From positions 362,201-426,200 of the forward strand of contig NC_092670.1 of the NCBI RefSeq assembly GCF_964355755.1: a stretch of DNA of 64,000 nucleotides, in the 5' to 3' direction. The notes under the pieces are model-generated. The model saw only the letters and a program-made list of their open reading frames with translations. It searched no databases and was not told the origin of the DNA. This DNA is from Antedon mediterranea (lineage: Eukaryota; Animalia; Echinodermata). A program made the position numbers and the translations under genes. Below, piece by piece: positions 37,177 to 50,184 of the stretch; within the stretch, counting starts at the first letter, position 1; each line of letters opens with the position of its first letter.

Positions 37177-37734
37177 AGAGACTTTAAAATTTGTGTGTAT
37201 TATAGTTGTTTTAGATAACTGAATGTTAATTATACAAATTTAACTGCAAATTTAAATATGATTTATATGTCGTTACGGACAGGAAATTTCTAACGTCGCG
37301 GACAGGATACTTTTGTCCAGGTTAAAAAATTGTATAATTTTGCTATTAAAAAACACTCCGTAAAAATCCCATCCATAAAAAAAAAATCCCATCCATTAAA
37401 AAAAATGTCCCATCTAACATTCAATAAATTTTGCTAGTAATGTTTTTATAATAAAAAATACAAGTTTTAAAAAACATTTGGTTAAATCTATTGCAATTTA
37501 ATATCCTTAGGAGTTGAAAATCAGGATTAAGAATTAAAAATTAAATATCAATTTTGGAGCCATTATTTCAATAAACACAAGTGAGGAAAAACCCCAATAG
37601 AAATGTCTCAGAAGTAACAATTATGAATTTTGAAAGTATTAAATTAATAAACAATTTTAATAAAATACTTATTATGAACAATTGGAGCTTACTGTGAAAT
37701 AAAAATTTAACTATATTTACTGTATGGGGGACCC

Positions 37735-38082
37735 CGACCAAAAAATGATGTTTTAGTCCCAAAAAAATTAGTTAACACTGCAGTAGAAATTTAATATTTT
37801 TTTTTACATTGATATACCAAGTGGGTCGTACATTACATGGTTCAATCACTTTTATGTTGGTTCAGTGGGGTTTGCTATGTTTTTGTGGAGGTTTGCGGGG
37901 TTTAGCAATTATTTTTGACCAAAAAATGATGTTTTACCCCAAAAATAAGTAGTTAACAGAAATTTAATTTTTTTTTTACATGGATATACCCGGTGAGTCG
38001 TACACTACATGATTCAATCACTTTTATGTTGGTTCGGTGGGGTTTGCTATGTTTTTTTAGGGGTTTGCGGGGTTTAGCAATA
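37735..38082. repeat. Second copy of the ~178-bp-unit repeat; its last bases (CCCCTA) resume at 41474
   Basis: Matches 19860-20116. Confidence 0.8.
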
Positions 38083-41000
38083 TAGTCCAGTCAAAAATCA
38101 CCCTCACCATGGTATAAGAACGTACCCTACTCATGTCGTATTATTGTGTACAGCGAATGCGACGAAGCGTGACTGAAATTACGAGACGCTGTTAGCGCCC
38201 GTTGAAAAAAGCATTAACAAAGCTAAAAACCTACAAAATTAATAGTTTATACAATAATTTAAATATAGTTTACAATAAATTGTATAATAAAATACATAAC
38301 TTATAAAGAAAACCCAAGTATAAACTAAAATATTTACAAATATGTGTTTAAAAATGTACAAATCAAAATGGCCTTCCATAAAATAAAGTGCGCCCTCACG
38401 CGTCATACTTTTATCGGACTTGTATGGATGGTATATATATTGTACACGGCATTAATATACGAAACCCGATGCGGTTTGTTAGTTATTGCCTTTTTTTACG
38501 CAAGAGGCAGAATATTTTATTTTCACAAATTTATTTATATTTTTTATCATGGAAAAACGGATTGTATATATTTAAACACATGGATTAAGTGTATATTTGT
38601 ATATATCTGCTGAAGCGTAATGATCTACTAGTTCTGCTGGTTTTATTTTGGAAATTCTTTTTTTTTCACAGCATTAGGCTTACTTGCGTGGATATCACAA
38701 TGCATTGCATATTTTGAACTATCATTCGCGATTATAATCTTAATTAGAGTAAGAACCAATTATTTAAGGATAATCCATTTCACGTAGGCCTATACGAAAG
38801 ATACTACCTCAAATAGACCTACTTTTCACTTTCCAACAATTATTAAGAGCGTATCAAAGGGCTGGTTGGCATTCGTCTGAATCAACATTTTACATTTTCC
38901 CCTTTCACCCGCCGCCACCCACCGATGCCCCACTGCCAATGGGGAGGAGGAGCCGGTTTGATCCTCTCTGAATCCGTCTGGCCTTCACACATCGTACCGA
39001 TGTGTGAAGTTTGAGCCAATAAAACGTCATTCATGACGATTCTTTAAGTTCGAAGTCGTCTTCCAGAATTCAAAGCATTCTAAAGTTAAAGTGTTTTTCC
39101 ACTAAATAAAAGAGAGTGAGAATGTTGGAGTGTGATGTAAGATTCGCGAGAAACTACATACTGTATTACCCAATTCTCCTTTGTTAAAGACGTGACGTAT
39201 TAAATACTTTCTAATATAAAGTTTTTTGGTGGAGAGTAGTCCTACAATGATAATTATTATTGGACATTTTATACAAAAAAGCATGTCATAAACAATCAGT
39301 TCACCTCCACGGCCTGAAAGTTCTCACTTGGGACAAAAAAGTAAAGTCCAGAACAAAAGTTTTATATGCATTTATTTCAAATATTGTTATCCGCCGAGTC
39401 CGACGCATTTTAATGCATTTAAATAATATTTAAAAAGCTTGGGAGAAAACAGTAGTTTAATTTGTTGGCTTATTCAAATGCTTAGAAATGACGTTTTAAA
39501 CCTAAAAGAGGCTATTTTCCTCAAAAGTGAAGATGAAAAGAATAAAACAGTTATCCGTCAGACGTCTTCGAACATAAAGAATCTTCGGTGGCAGGATTAC
39601 ATTTTCTAAAACACGAAATTGTTTTACACATCATACTCATACGATATGGATCATGATGCCAATATTCAATTCAAAGAAACTTAAAACTAACAATCACAAG
39701 GATTAACTTTGTTGCTAACCGGGCAATGAGAAAATATTTCAGACGACTTTATTAATTTAAATCCTTATTATATTGTATACGCGAAATGGACTATCATTTA
39801 AAAATGATTCTTACTCAAGGGCCCTGTTTCTGCTGCCAATCCCAAATATACCGTATAAATATACCGTATATATACCGTATATGAAATTCGTGCACCGTTT
39901 CCGCTGCACATACTTCGTGGGTGGGCTGTAAAAAAAGTTGGCTTTCATATACCCAAAATGCATTTTGTGAGACGGAAGTATGGATTGACCTAGAGTCTCG
40001 TGTAGTGAGGTTACATGACAAAAACAAAACAATGATGGTTTCTCAAAACGTCTTAGCATTGCTTTCTATTTTAAATCTAATGATCAGAAGTGGCAACGAA
40101 TTTACATCGCACAAACAATCTAGAAATGTAGAATGGGCATTGACTACATTTATGCAAAGAATACGACGGCGTTTGCCGATAACTTTGGCGTTATTAAGTC
40201 TACCACAAATTCTGCTTTTATTTTGTTTGAGATACTTTTGTAAATCTCGGTATCTCTTCTGTTGCCATGTAGTCTCCCCCCAACTTTCGCTTCTCCCCAC
40301 AATTGAATTGCAAAAATAGTTATTTCTTCAGTCCACAGTGATATTTTGATCTGTTGCTTGCTTATTATACACGTGTGTGTCAATGTAGCAGAAAAACCAA
40401 ACAAACGCATCACGCTCTGTTAGTTTTTGACCTCGTGTCATGGGCCGGGTCACATATACGGTATATTTTGAGTGCAGCAGAAACGGGGTACGAAATATAC
40501 GGTATATTTTGGAATATACCGTATAATATCCACAAACGATGGGGATATTTATGCGGTATATATACCGCATATATATACGGTATATTTTTTATGAGACCCA
40601 TTTCTGCTGCCAAAAAATATACCGTATATAAAATATACCGTATATATACGGTATATTTTTGGCAGCAGAAACGGGGCCAAGTTAACATTGACTATAATCG
40701 CGAATAAACAATGCATTGCGATATCCGCGCAAATAATGCTGTGAAAAAAAGAATGTCCAGAATTAGGCTAACCAGATAACTAGGAGATCATTACGCTTTA
40801 GCAGATACAATACGGCGCTTCACTTAATCCATCATGATGGTAGACTGGAGGTTGTAATGTAATGTGTTTAAATATATACAATCCTTTTTTTCCGTGATAA
40901 AAACTAGAAATATATTTGTGAAAATATAATATTCTGCCTCTTGCAGAGGCAATAACTTACAAACCGCATCGGGTTTCGTATATTAATGCCTTGTATACCA

Positions 41001-41470
41001 TCCATACAAGTCCGATAAAAGTATGACGCGTGAGGGCGCACTTTATTTTATGAAAGGCCATTTTGATTTGTACATTTTTAAACACATATTACTGTATCTG
41101 TAAATATTTTAGTTTATACTTGGGTTTTCTTTATATGTTATGTATTTTATTATACAATTTATTGTAAACTATATTATTTAAATTATTGTATAAACTATTA
41201 ATTTTGTAGGTTTTTAGCTTTGTTAATGCATTTTTCAACGGGCGCTAACGGCGTCTCGTAATTTCAGTCACGCTTCGTCGTATTCGCTGTACACAATAAT
41301 ACGACATGAGGCGGTTATAAATTGGGTATAAAAGTCTAATTTTCTCGTAAAATCCCAAGTTTTGCAAGACGCAACATCAAGAAATGTTATTACCTACAGT
41401 ATATACATAGAACCTACGGATGAAATTTTATTAGGGTACGTTGTGGTGAGGGTGATTTTTGACTGGACTA
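38083..41470. mobile_element. Non-autonomous Academ-like element with ~500-bp TIRs
   Basis: TIR TAGTCCAGTCAAAAATCACCCTCACCA extending over ~38083-38560 and ~40890-41470; 3-bp TSD ATA; empty site AGCAATACCCCTA seen at ~20104-20116. Confidence 0.85.
39820..40678 (-). mobile_element. PIF/Harbinger-type MITE, copy 3 (uninterrupted)
   Basis: Same TIR family; 3-bp TSD AAG. Confidence 0.88.
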
Positions 41471-41679
41471 ATACCCCTAAAAAACGTACTGTTGGAATGG
41501 GACTTTAAACCGAAATTGTGTCGTGTCCAGATTTCACATTTCACACCTAATTCATTAACCCGGAAAGTGTCACTGGTTGCTTGTATTTACACTGCAAAAT
41601 ACCAACCAGTGTAAATATTCTAGATTAATCGAAATATCTTCCTCTCGCGGATGAAGAGACACCCCAGTTTAACAGGACA

Positions 41680-43072
41680 AATGTCAAATGGTTTATTTAC
41701 GGGTATGGTTTTACTCGATGTCCAAAAGGCCTTTGACTCGGTCAATCATGATATTTTGTGTAAAAAACTTAAGTATCTAGGATGCCGGTCTATCGGTTGA
41801 TTTCAAGCGTACCTGTCTGGGCGAAATCAGATTGTCGATATTAAAGGCACCAAATCGGACTCTATTGAGATTGGATGTGGAGTCCCCCAGGGTAGCCTTT
41901 TGGGTCGATCCTCTCTTGTTTCTTATTTACGTGAACGACCTACCATCTAGTATCGAAAGTGATTGTAAAGTTGTTTTGTACGCTGACGATTGTGCAATTT
42001 TTTACTCCCATAAAGATCCAATCTCAATCCAATCTAAACTCCAAACCAATCTCGTATCATGCAATAATTGGCTGATCGACAATCAACTTTTGCTTCATAT
42101 GGGTAAGACCGAATGCATCTTGTTTGGTTCTAAACGTAGATTAAGCAAAGTAAACGAATTCAATATAGATTGCTTTGGAACGACTATAAATGGATCAAAG
42201 TCTATCAAATATCTAGGTATTGAGATTGACCAAAATGTATCAGGTGGCGTCATTGCCCGCTCTGTTATAAACAAAGCAAACGGCAGACTGAAATTTCTGT
42301 ACCGCCAATCATCATTTCTTAATTCACATTGTCGCAAAATTCTTAGTTTTGCTTTAATCCAACCGATGTTCGATTATTCGGTTTGCTCATGGTCTTCTAC
42401 GGTAAATAAAAATTTAAAATCAAAATTACAAACGACTCAAAACAAAATGGTTCGTTTTATAAAAAAGTTAGGTCCCCGATCACATATTGGTCAATCTCAG
42501 CTAAACGACGTTGGTATGTTAAAAGTCCAAGATTGCGTCAAATTTCTTAGAGTCTGTCATGTTTTTAAAATATATAATCATTGTTGTCCACCTTATTTAT
42601 GCAATCGTTTTATTAGAATTTCAGAAAGTCATAATTACAATACTAGGGGATGCAATTTTAATTTTAGAATTCCAACTATCAAGCCAATGGCACATGTGAC
42701 CTTTTTTTACAATGCTATTAAGGAATGGAATAACTTACCAATTAACATTAAGGAATCACAAACTGTTTGTTGTTTTAAAAGTAAAGTTAAAAAGTATCTA
42801 CAGGAACGTACACTAGCACTAGAAACTATTTAATAAGCGCTTCTTCTATTTTTGATAGTCCCTTTTGCTGTTTTTTTTGTAATTTTTATATGTTTCATTG
42901 TATGTCTTTTTGATGTTCTTTCAAAGGACCTCATTGGAAACAAGTCCGTAGAGGACTTTTATGAGTTATCCTTGGCATCCTTGTTTTATTCTTGGTTTTT
43001 TATATTTGCTATTTTTAATTGTATGTCTGTGATTTTTTATGTACTGATGCCGAAATAAATCAAGTCAAAATC
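41680..43072 (+). mobile_element. 5'-truncated CR1/L2-group LINE related to the 24677 element, degenerate
   Basis: GMVLLDVQKAFD, GVPQG (frameshifted), YADD, NGRLKFLYR; 3' motif AAGGACCTCATTGGAAACAAG; AATAAATCAA tail. Confidence 0.85.
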
Positions 43073-43297
43073 AGACAAAATGCTACTTACGTTGTTATTT
43101 GTCCTAGGCCTACTGTAAATTCAAACTATATTTTCAAGTGATATTTATATTTACATACTTTTGTACAGAATTTTAATTTCAGTGTATTTTATTTATGATT
43201 GGTGGGTTATTTCTTTTTTTCAGTGACTTCTGGAAAGTGTACGAATACCCAGTGGTGGACAGGTCAGACTTACAGTACTTAATGCCATTACATAATA

Positions 43298-46200
43298 ATG
43301 AATCTATACAAATGTGAACATTGTGGAGATAAACTTGTGTTAAATGATTTGAAGATACATTTGGGGATGCATATGCAGACTAAGAATGAACTACTCAATG
43401 ATGACAATGATTTCAAGCTGAACGTTCAAACACACCAGGAGTTTAAACTTCTTCGATGTCAAGTGAAGGTTGTGAGACTTTGCCTAGATTTAAATAGTGG
43501 ATGGAGCAGACATTTGGGAGAGTACACAGGAGAGACACCATATGAATGTGAACATTGTGGGAAGAACTTCAAACAGAGTGAAAATTTGATAAATCATTTG
43601 AAAATACACACAGGAGAGACACCATATGAATGTGAACATTGTGGAAAGAAATTCAACCAGAGTGAAAATTTGATAAATCATTTGAAAATACACAGAGGAG
43701 AGACACCATATGAATGTGAACATTGTGGAAAGAAATTCAACCAGAGTGAAAATTTGATAAATCATTTGAAAATACACAGAGGAGAGACACCATATGAATG
43801 TGAACATTGTGGAAAGAAATTCAAACATAATGACGATATGAAAAAACATTTGAAAATACACACAGAAGAGACACCGAATGAATGTGAACATTGTGGGAAG
43901 AAATTCAAAGAGAGTGATGATTTGATAAATCATTTGAAAATACACACAGGAGAAACACCATATGAATGTGAACATTGTGGAAAGAAATTCAAACATAATG
44001 ACAATCTGAAAAAACATTTGAAAATACACACAGAAGAGACACCGAATGAATGTGAACATTGTGGGAAGAAATTCAAAGAGAGTGATGATTTGATAAATCA
44101 TTTGAAAATACACACAGGAGAGACACCATATGAATGTGAACATTGTGGAAAGAAATTAAAACATAATGACAATCTGAAAAAACATTTGAAAATACACACA
44201 GAAGAGACACCGAATGAATGTGAACATTGTGGGAAGAAATTCAAAGAGAGTGATGATTTGATAAATCATTTGAAAATACACACAGGAGAAACACCATATG
44301 AATGTGAACATTGTGGAAAGAAATTCAAACATAATGACAATCTGAAAAAACATTTGAAAATACACACAGAAGAGACACCGAATGAATGTGAACATTGTGG
44401 GAAGAAATTAAAAGAGAGTGATGATTTGATAAATCATATGAGAATACACACAGGAGAGACACCATATGAATGTGAACATTGTGGAAAGAAATTCAAAGAG
44501 AGTGATGATTTGATAAATCATTTGAAAATACACACAGGAGAGACACCATATGAATGTGAACATTGTGGAAAGAAATTCAAACATAATGACGATCTGAAAA
44601 AACATTTGAAAATACACAAAGGAGAGAGACCATATGAATGTGAACATTGTGGAAAGAAATTTAAACAAAAAAGGAATTTGAGAAGCCATTTGCGAATACA
44701 CACAGGAGAGACACCATATGAATGTGAACATTGTGGAAAGAAATTTAAAAATAAAGGGAATTTTAAAAAACACATGAGAATACACACAGGAGAGACACCA
44801 TATGAATGTGAACATTGTGGAAAGAAATTCAACCAGAATGAAAATTTAAGAAGACATATGAGAATACACACAGGAGAGACACCATATGAATGTGAACATT
44901 GTGAGAAGAAATTCAACCAGATTGCATATTTGAGAAGCCATATGAGAATACACACAGGAGAGACACCATATGAATGTGAACATTGTGGGAAGAAATTCAA
45001 ACAGAATGGGAGTTTGAAAAAACATTTGAGAATACACACAGGAGAGACACCATATGAATGTGAACATTGTGGGAAGAAATTCAAACAGAATGAAAATTTA
45101 AGAAAACATATGAGAATACACACAGGAGAGACACCATATGAATGTGAACATTGTGGAAAGAAATTCAACCAGAATGAAAATTTAAGAAGACATATGAGAA
45201 TACACACAGGAGAGACACCATATGAATGTGAACATTGTGAGAAGAAATTCAACCAGATTGCATATTTGAGAAGCCATATGAGAATACACACAGGAGAGAC
45301 ACCATATGAATGTGAACATTGTGGGAAGAAATTCAAACAGAATGGGAGTTTGAAAAAACATTTGAGAATACACACAGGAGAGACACCATATGAATGTAAA
45401 CATTGTGGGAAGAAATTCAAACAGAATGAAAATTTAAGAAAACATATGAGAATACACACAGGAGAGACACCATATGAATGTGAACATTGTGGGAAGAAAT
45501 TCAAACAGAATGGGAGTTTGAAAAAACATTTGAGAATACACACAGGAGAGACACCATATGAATGTGAACATTGTGGGAAGAAATTTAAACATAAAGTAAA
45601 TTTGAGAAGCCATTTGCGAATACACACAGGAGAGACACCATATGAATGTGAACATTGTGGGAAGAAATTCAAACAGAATGGGAGTTTGAAAAAACATTTG
45701 AGAATACACACAGGAGAGACACCATATGAATGTGAACATTGTGGGAAGAAATTCAAACAGAATGAAAATTTAAGAAAACATATGAGAATACACACAGGAG
45801 AGACACCATATGAATGTGAACATTGTGGAAAGAAATTTAAACATAAAGTAAATTTGAGAAGCCATTTGCGAATGCACACAGGAGAGACACCATATGAATG
45901 TGAACATTGTGGGAAGAAATTCAAACATAAAGGGAATTTGAGAAGCCATTTGCGAATACACACAGGAGAGACACCATATGAATGTGAACATTGTGGGAAG
46001 AAATTTAAACAGAATGGGAATTTTAAAAAACAAATGAGAATACACACAGGAGAGACACCATATGAATGTGAACATTGTGGAAAGAAATTCAACCAGAATG
46101 TAAATTTAAGAAGACATATGAGAATACACACAGGAGAGACGCCATATGAATGTGAACATTGTGGAAAGAAATTCAAACAGAATGAAAATTTAAGAAAACA

Positions 46201-48217
46201 TATGAGAATACACACAGGAGAGACACCATATGAATGTGAACATTGTGGAAAGAAATTTAAACATAAAGGGAATTTGAAAACACACATGAGAATACACACA
46301 GGAGAGACACCATATGAATGTGAACATTGTGGAAAGAAATTCAAACATAATGGGAATTTTAAAAAACATTTGAGAATACACACAGGAGAGACACCATATG
46401 AATGTGAACATTGTGGGAAGAAATTCAAACAGAATGGGAATTTTAAAAAACATTTGAGAATACACACAGGAGAGACACCATATGAATGTGAACATTGTGG
46501 GAAGAAATTTAAACATAAAGTGAATTTGAAAACACACATGAGAATACACACAGGAGAGACACCATATGAATGTGAAAATTGTGGAAAGAAATTCAACCAG
46601 AATGAAAATTTAAGAAGACATATGAGAATACACACAGGAGAGACACCATATGAATGTGAACATTGTGGGAAGAAATTTAAACAAAAATGGAATTTGAGAA
46701 GCCATTTGCGAAAGCACATAGGAGAGACACCATATGAATGTGAACATTGTGGGAAGAAATTCAAACAGAATGAAAATTTAAGAAAACATATGAGAATACA
46801 CACAGGAGAGACACCATATGAATGTGAACATTGTGGGAAGAAATTCAAACAGAATGGGAGTTTGAAAAAACATTTGAGAATACACACAGGAGAGACACCA
46901 TATGAATGTGAACATTGTGGGAAGAAATTTAAACATAAAGTAAATTTGAGAAGCCATTTGCGAATACACACAGGAGAGACACCATATGAATGTGAACATT
47001 GTGGGAAGAAATTCAAACAGAATGGGAGTTTGAAAAAACATTTGAGAATACACACAGGAGAGACACCATATGAATGTGAACATTGTGGGAAGAAATTCAA
47101 ACAGAATGAAAATTTAAGAAAACATATGAGAATACACACAGGAGAGACACCATATGAATGTGAACATTGTGGAAAGAAATTTAAACATAAAGTAAATTTG
47201 AGAAGCCATTTGCGAATGCACACAGGAGAGACACCATATGAATGTGAACATTGTGGGAAGAAATTCAAACATAAAGGGAATTTGAGAAGCCATTTGCGAA
47301 TACACACAGGAGAGACACCATATGAATGTGAACATTGTGGGAAGAAATTTAAACAGAATGGGAATTTTAAAAAACACATGAGAATACACACAGGAGAGAC
47401 ACCATATGAATGTGAACATTGTGGAAAGAAATTCAACCAGAATGTAAATTTAAGAAGACATATGAGAATACACACAGGAGAGACGCCATATGAATGTGAA
47501 CATTGTGGAAAGAAATTCAAACAGAATGAAAATTTAAGAAAACATATGAGAATACACACAGGAGAGACACCATATGAATGTGAACATTGTGGAAAGAAAT
47601 TTAAACATAAAGGGAATTTGAAAACACACATGAGAATACACACAGGAGAGACACCATATGAATGTGAACATTGTGGAAAGAAATTCAAACATAATGGGAA
47701 TTTTAAAAAACATTTGAGAATACACACAGGAGAGACACCATATGAATGTGAACATTGTGGGAAGAAATTCAAACAGAATGGGAATTTTAAAAAACATTTG
47801 AGAATACACACAGGAGAGACACCATATGAATGTGAACATTGTGGGAAGAAATTTAAACATAAAGTGAATTTGAAAACACACATGAGAATACACACAGGAG
47901 AGACACCATATGAATGTGAACATTGTGGAAAGAAATTCAACCAGAATGAAAATTTAAGAAGACATATGAGAATACACACAGGAGAGACACCATATGAATG
48001 TGAACATTGTGGGAAGAAATTTAAACAAAAATGGAATTTGAGAAGCCATTTGCGAAAGCACATAGGAGAGACACCATATGAATGTGAACATTGTGGGAAG
48101 AAATTCAAACAGAATGTGCACGTAAAAGCTCATATGAGAGTGCACACAGGAAGGAAATTAAAAAATCACAGTGGCCGGAGAAGACATTTGAGAGTACACA
48201 CAAGAGAGACATCTTAA
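43298..48217 (+). CDS. Poly-C2H2 zinc-finger protein, 55 tandem fingers plus one divergent N-terminal finger
   Basis: 84-bp units [28 protein letters not shown] from 43541 to ~48150. A splice acceptor TTTTTTTTCAG at 43223 and an in-frame TAA at 43280 precede the ATG. Confidence 0.92.
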   Translation: MNLYKCEHCGDKLVLNDLKIHLGMHMQTKNELLNDDNDFKLNVQTHQEFKLLRCQVKVVRLCLDLNSGWSRHLGEYTGETPYECEHCGKNFKQSENLINHLKIHTGETPYECEHCGKKFNQSENLINHLKIHRGETPYECEHCGKKFNQSENLINHLKIHRGETPYECEHCGKKFKHNDDMKKHLKIHTEETPNECEHCGKKFKESDDLINHLKIHTGETPYECEHCGKKFKHNDNLKKHLKIHTEETPNECEHCGKKFKESDDLINHLKIHTGETPYECEHCGKKLKHNDNLKKHLKIHTEETPNECEHCGKKFKESDDLINHLKIHTGETPYECEHCGKKFKHNDNLKKHLKIHTEETPNECEHCGKKLKESDDLINHMRIHTGETPYECEHCGKKFKESDDLINHLKIHTGETPYECEHCGKKFKHNDDLKKHLKIHKGERPYECEHCGKKFKQKRNLRSHLRIHTGETPYECEHCGKKFKNKGNFKKHMRIHTGETPYECEHCGKKFNQNENLRRHMRIHTGETPYECEHCEKKFNQIAYLRSHMRIHTGETPYECEHCGKKFKQNGSLKKHLRIHTGETPYECEHCGKKFKQNENLRKHMRIHTGETPYECEHCGKKFNQNENLRRHMRIHTGETPYECEHCEKKFNQIAYLRSHMRIHTGETPYECEHCGKKFKQNGSLKKHLRIHTGETPYECKHCGKKFKQNENLRKHMRIHTGETPYECEHCGKKFKQNGSLKKHLRIHTGETPYECEHCGKKFKHKVNLRSHLRIHTGETPYECEHCGKKFKQNGSLKKHLRIHTGETPYECEHCGKKFKQNENLRKHMRIHTGETPYECEHCGKKFKHKVNLRSHLRMHTGETPYECEHCGKKFKHKGNLRSHLRIHTGETPYECEHCGKKFKQNGNFKKQMRIHTGETPYECEHCGKKFNQNVNLRRHMRIHTGETPYECEHCGKKFKQNENLRKHMRIHTGETPYECEHCGKKFKHKGNLKTHMRIHTGETPYECEHCGKKFKHNGNFKKHLRIHTGETPYECEHCGKKFKQNGNFKKHLRIHTGETPYECEHCGKKFKHKVNLKTHMRIHTGETPYECENCGKKFNQNENLRRHMRIHTGETPYECEHCGKKFKQKWNLRSHLRKHIGETPYECEHCGKKFKQNENLRKHMRIHTGETPYECEHCGKKFKQNGSLKKHLRIHTGETPYECEHCGKKFKHKVNLRSHLRIHTGETPYECEHCGKKFKQNGSLKKHLRIHTGETPYECEHCGKKFKQNENLRKHMRIHTGETPYECEHCGKKFKHKVNLRSHLRMHTGETPYECEHCGKKFKHKGNLRSHLRIHTGETPYECEHCGKKFKQNGNFKKHMRIHTGETPYECEHCGKKFNQNVNLRRHMRIHTGETPYECEHCGKKFKQNENLRKHMRIHTGETPYECEHCGKKFKHKGNLKTHMRIHTGETPYECEHCGKKFKHNGNFKKHLRIHTGETPYECEHCGKKFKQNGNFKKHLRIHTGETPYECEHCGKKFKHKVNLKTHMRIHTGETPYECEHCGKKFNQNENLRRHMRIHTGETPYECEHCGKKFKQKWNLRSHLRKHIGETPYECEHCGKKFKQNVHVKAHMRVHTGRKLKNHSGRRRHLRVHTRETS

Positions 48218-48410
48218 ATATTGTTTGTGGGAATTCAAACAGAATGGGCAAATAAAAACGCATTTGAGAATACACACAGGAATGTGAAATTTAAACATAA
48301 ATAGTCGGAGAAAACATTTAAGAATGTACACAGAAGAAACACTATATGAATGTGAACATTGTGGAAAGAAATTAAAACTGAGTTGGTGCTTAAAAAAACA
48401 TTTGAGTTAC
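48218..48410 (+). pseudogene. Decayed zinc-finger units downstream of the stop codon
   Basis: CATTTGAGAATACACACAGG and ATATGAATGTGAACATTGTGGAAAGAAA remnants with indels. Confidence 0.75.
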
Positions 48411-48554
48411 CAATGTGAGAACAAACTAACTTGAATTGTTTAATTGGTATAATCATTGTTGTCTAGTCTTGCCTGTTCATTGATATTTAAGTTTTGTTAT
48501 CATGGTTTTTCTTTAATTGTTTTATATTTTCAATATCATTGAATATTATAGTAT

Positions 48555-50184
48555 ACTTTCTCTTAAGTTCTGTCTACACTATCAAACTGCTCAACCACTT
48601 TCTCTTAAGCTCTGTCCACACTATCAAACTGCTCAACCACTTTCTCTTAAGCTCTGTCCACACTATCAAACTGCTCAACCACTTTCTCTTAAGCTCTGTC
48701 TACACTATCAAACTGCTCAACCACTTTCTCTTAAGCTCTGTCTACACTATCAAACTGCTCAACCACTTTCTCTTAAGCTCTGTCCACACTATCAAACTGC
48801 TCAACCACTTTCTCTTAAGCTCTGTCTACACTATCAAACTGCTCAACCACTTTCTCTTAAGCTCTGTCCACACTATCAAACTGCTCAACCACTTTCTCTT
48901 AAGCTCTGTCCACACTATCAAACTGCTCAACCACTTTCTCTTAAGCTCTGTCTACACTATCAAACTGCTCAACCACTTTCTCTTAAGCTCTGTCCACACT
49001 ATCAAACTGCTCAACCACTTTCTCTTAAGCTCTGTCCACACTATCAAACTGCTCAACCACTTTCTCTTAAGCTCTGTCCACACTATCAAACTGCTCAACC
49101 ACTTTCTCTTAAGCTCTGTCTACACTATCAAACTGCTCAACCACTTTCTCTTAAGCTCTGTCCACACTATCAAACTGCTCAACCACTTTCTCTTAAGCTC
49201 TGTCCACACTATCAAACTGCTCAACCACTTTCTCTTAAGCTCTGTCTACACTATCAAACTGCTCAACCACTTTCTCTTAAGCTCTGTCCACACTATCAAA
49301 CTGCTCAACCACTTTCTCTTAAGCTCTGTCCACACTATCAAACTGCTCAACCACTTTCTCTTAAGCTCTGTCTACACTATCAAACTGCTCAACCACTTTC
49401 TCTTAAGCTCTGTCCACACTATCAAACTGCTCAACCACTTTCTCTTAAGCTCTGTCTACACTATCAAACTGCTCAACCACTTTCTCTTAAGCTCTGTCCA
49501 CACTATCAAACTGCTCAACCACTTTCTCTTAAGCTCTGTCTACACTATCAAACTGCTCAACCACTTTCTCTTAAGCTCTGTCTACACTATCAAACTGCTC
49601 AACCACTTTCTCTTAAGCTCTGTCTACACTATCAAACTGCTCAACCACTTTCTCTTAAGCTCTGTCTACACTATCAAACTGCTCAACCACTTTCTCTTAA
49701 GCTCTGTCTACACTATCAAACTGCTCAACCACTTTCTCTTAAGCTCTGTCTACACTATCAAACTGCTCAACCACTTTCTCTTAAGCTCTGTCTACACTAT
49801 CAAACTGCTCAACCACTTTCTCTTAAGCTCTGTCTACACTATCAAACTGCTCAACCACTTTCTCTTAAGCTCTGTCTACACTATCAAACTGCTCAACCAC
49901 TTTCTCTTAAGCTCTGTCTACACTATCAAACTGCTCAACCACTTTCTCTTAAGCTCTGTCTACACTATCAAACTGCTCAACCACTTTCTCTTAAGCTCTG
50001 TCTACACTATCAAACTGCTCAACCACTTTCTCTTAAGCTCTGTCTACACTATCAAACTGCTCAACCACTTTCTCTTAAGCTCTGTCTACACTATCAAACT
50101 GCTCAACCACTTTCTCTTAAGCTCTGTCTACACTATCAAACTGCTCAACCACTTTCTCTTAAGCTCTGTCTACACTATCAAACT
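48555..50184. repeat. 42-bp minisatellite, ~39 copies, two C/T variants
   Basis: ACTTTCTCTTAAGCTCTGTC(C/T)ACACTATCAAACTGCTCAACC. Confidence 0.97.

Noticed and set aside
21760-40707. Recurrent Y/I-rich ORFs (MAAEMGLIKNIPY..., MRYIYRINIP...)
   Set aside because: Translations of the subterminal repeats of a three-copy MITE.
44518-48108. 1196-aa minus-strand ORF and many short MFTFIWCL ORFs
   Set aside because: Antisense shadow of the 84-bp zinc-finger repeat, whose unit lacks stops in that frame.
43298-48217. Calling the gene PRDM9 or a KRAB-ZNF
   Set aside because: No SET, KRAB or SSXRD coding exon is recognisable in the window; only the array architecture is similar.
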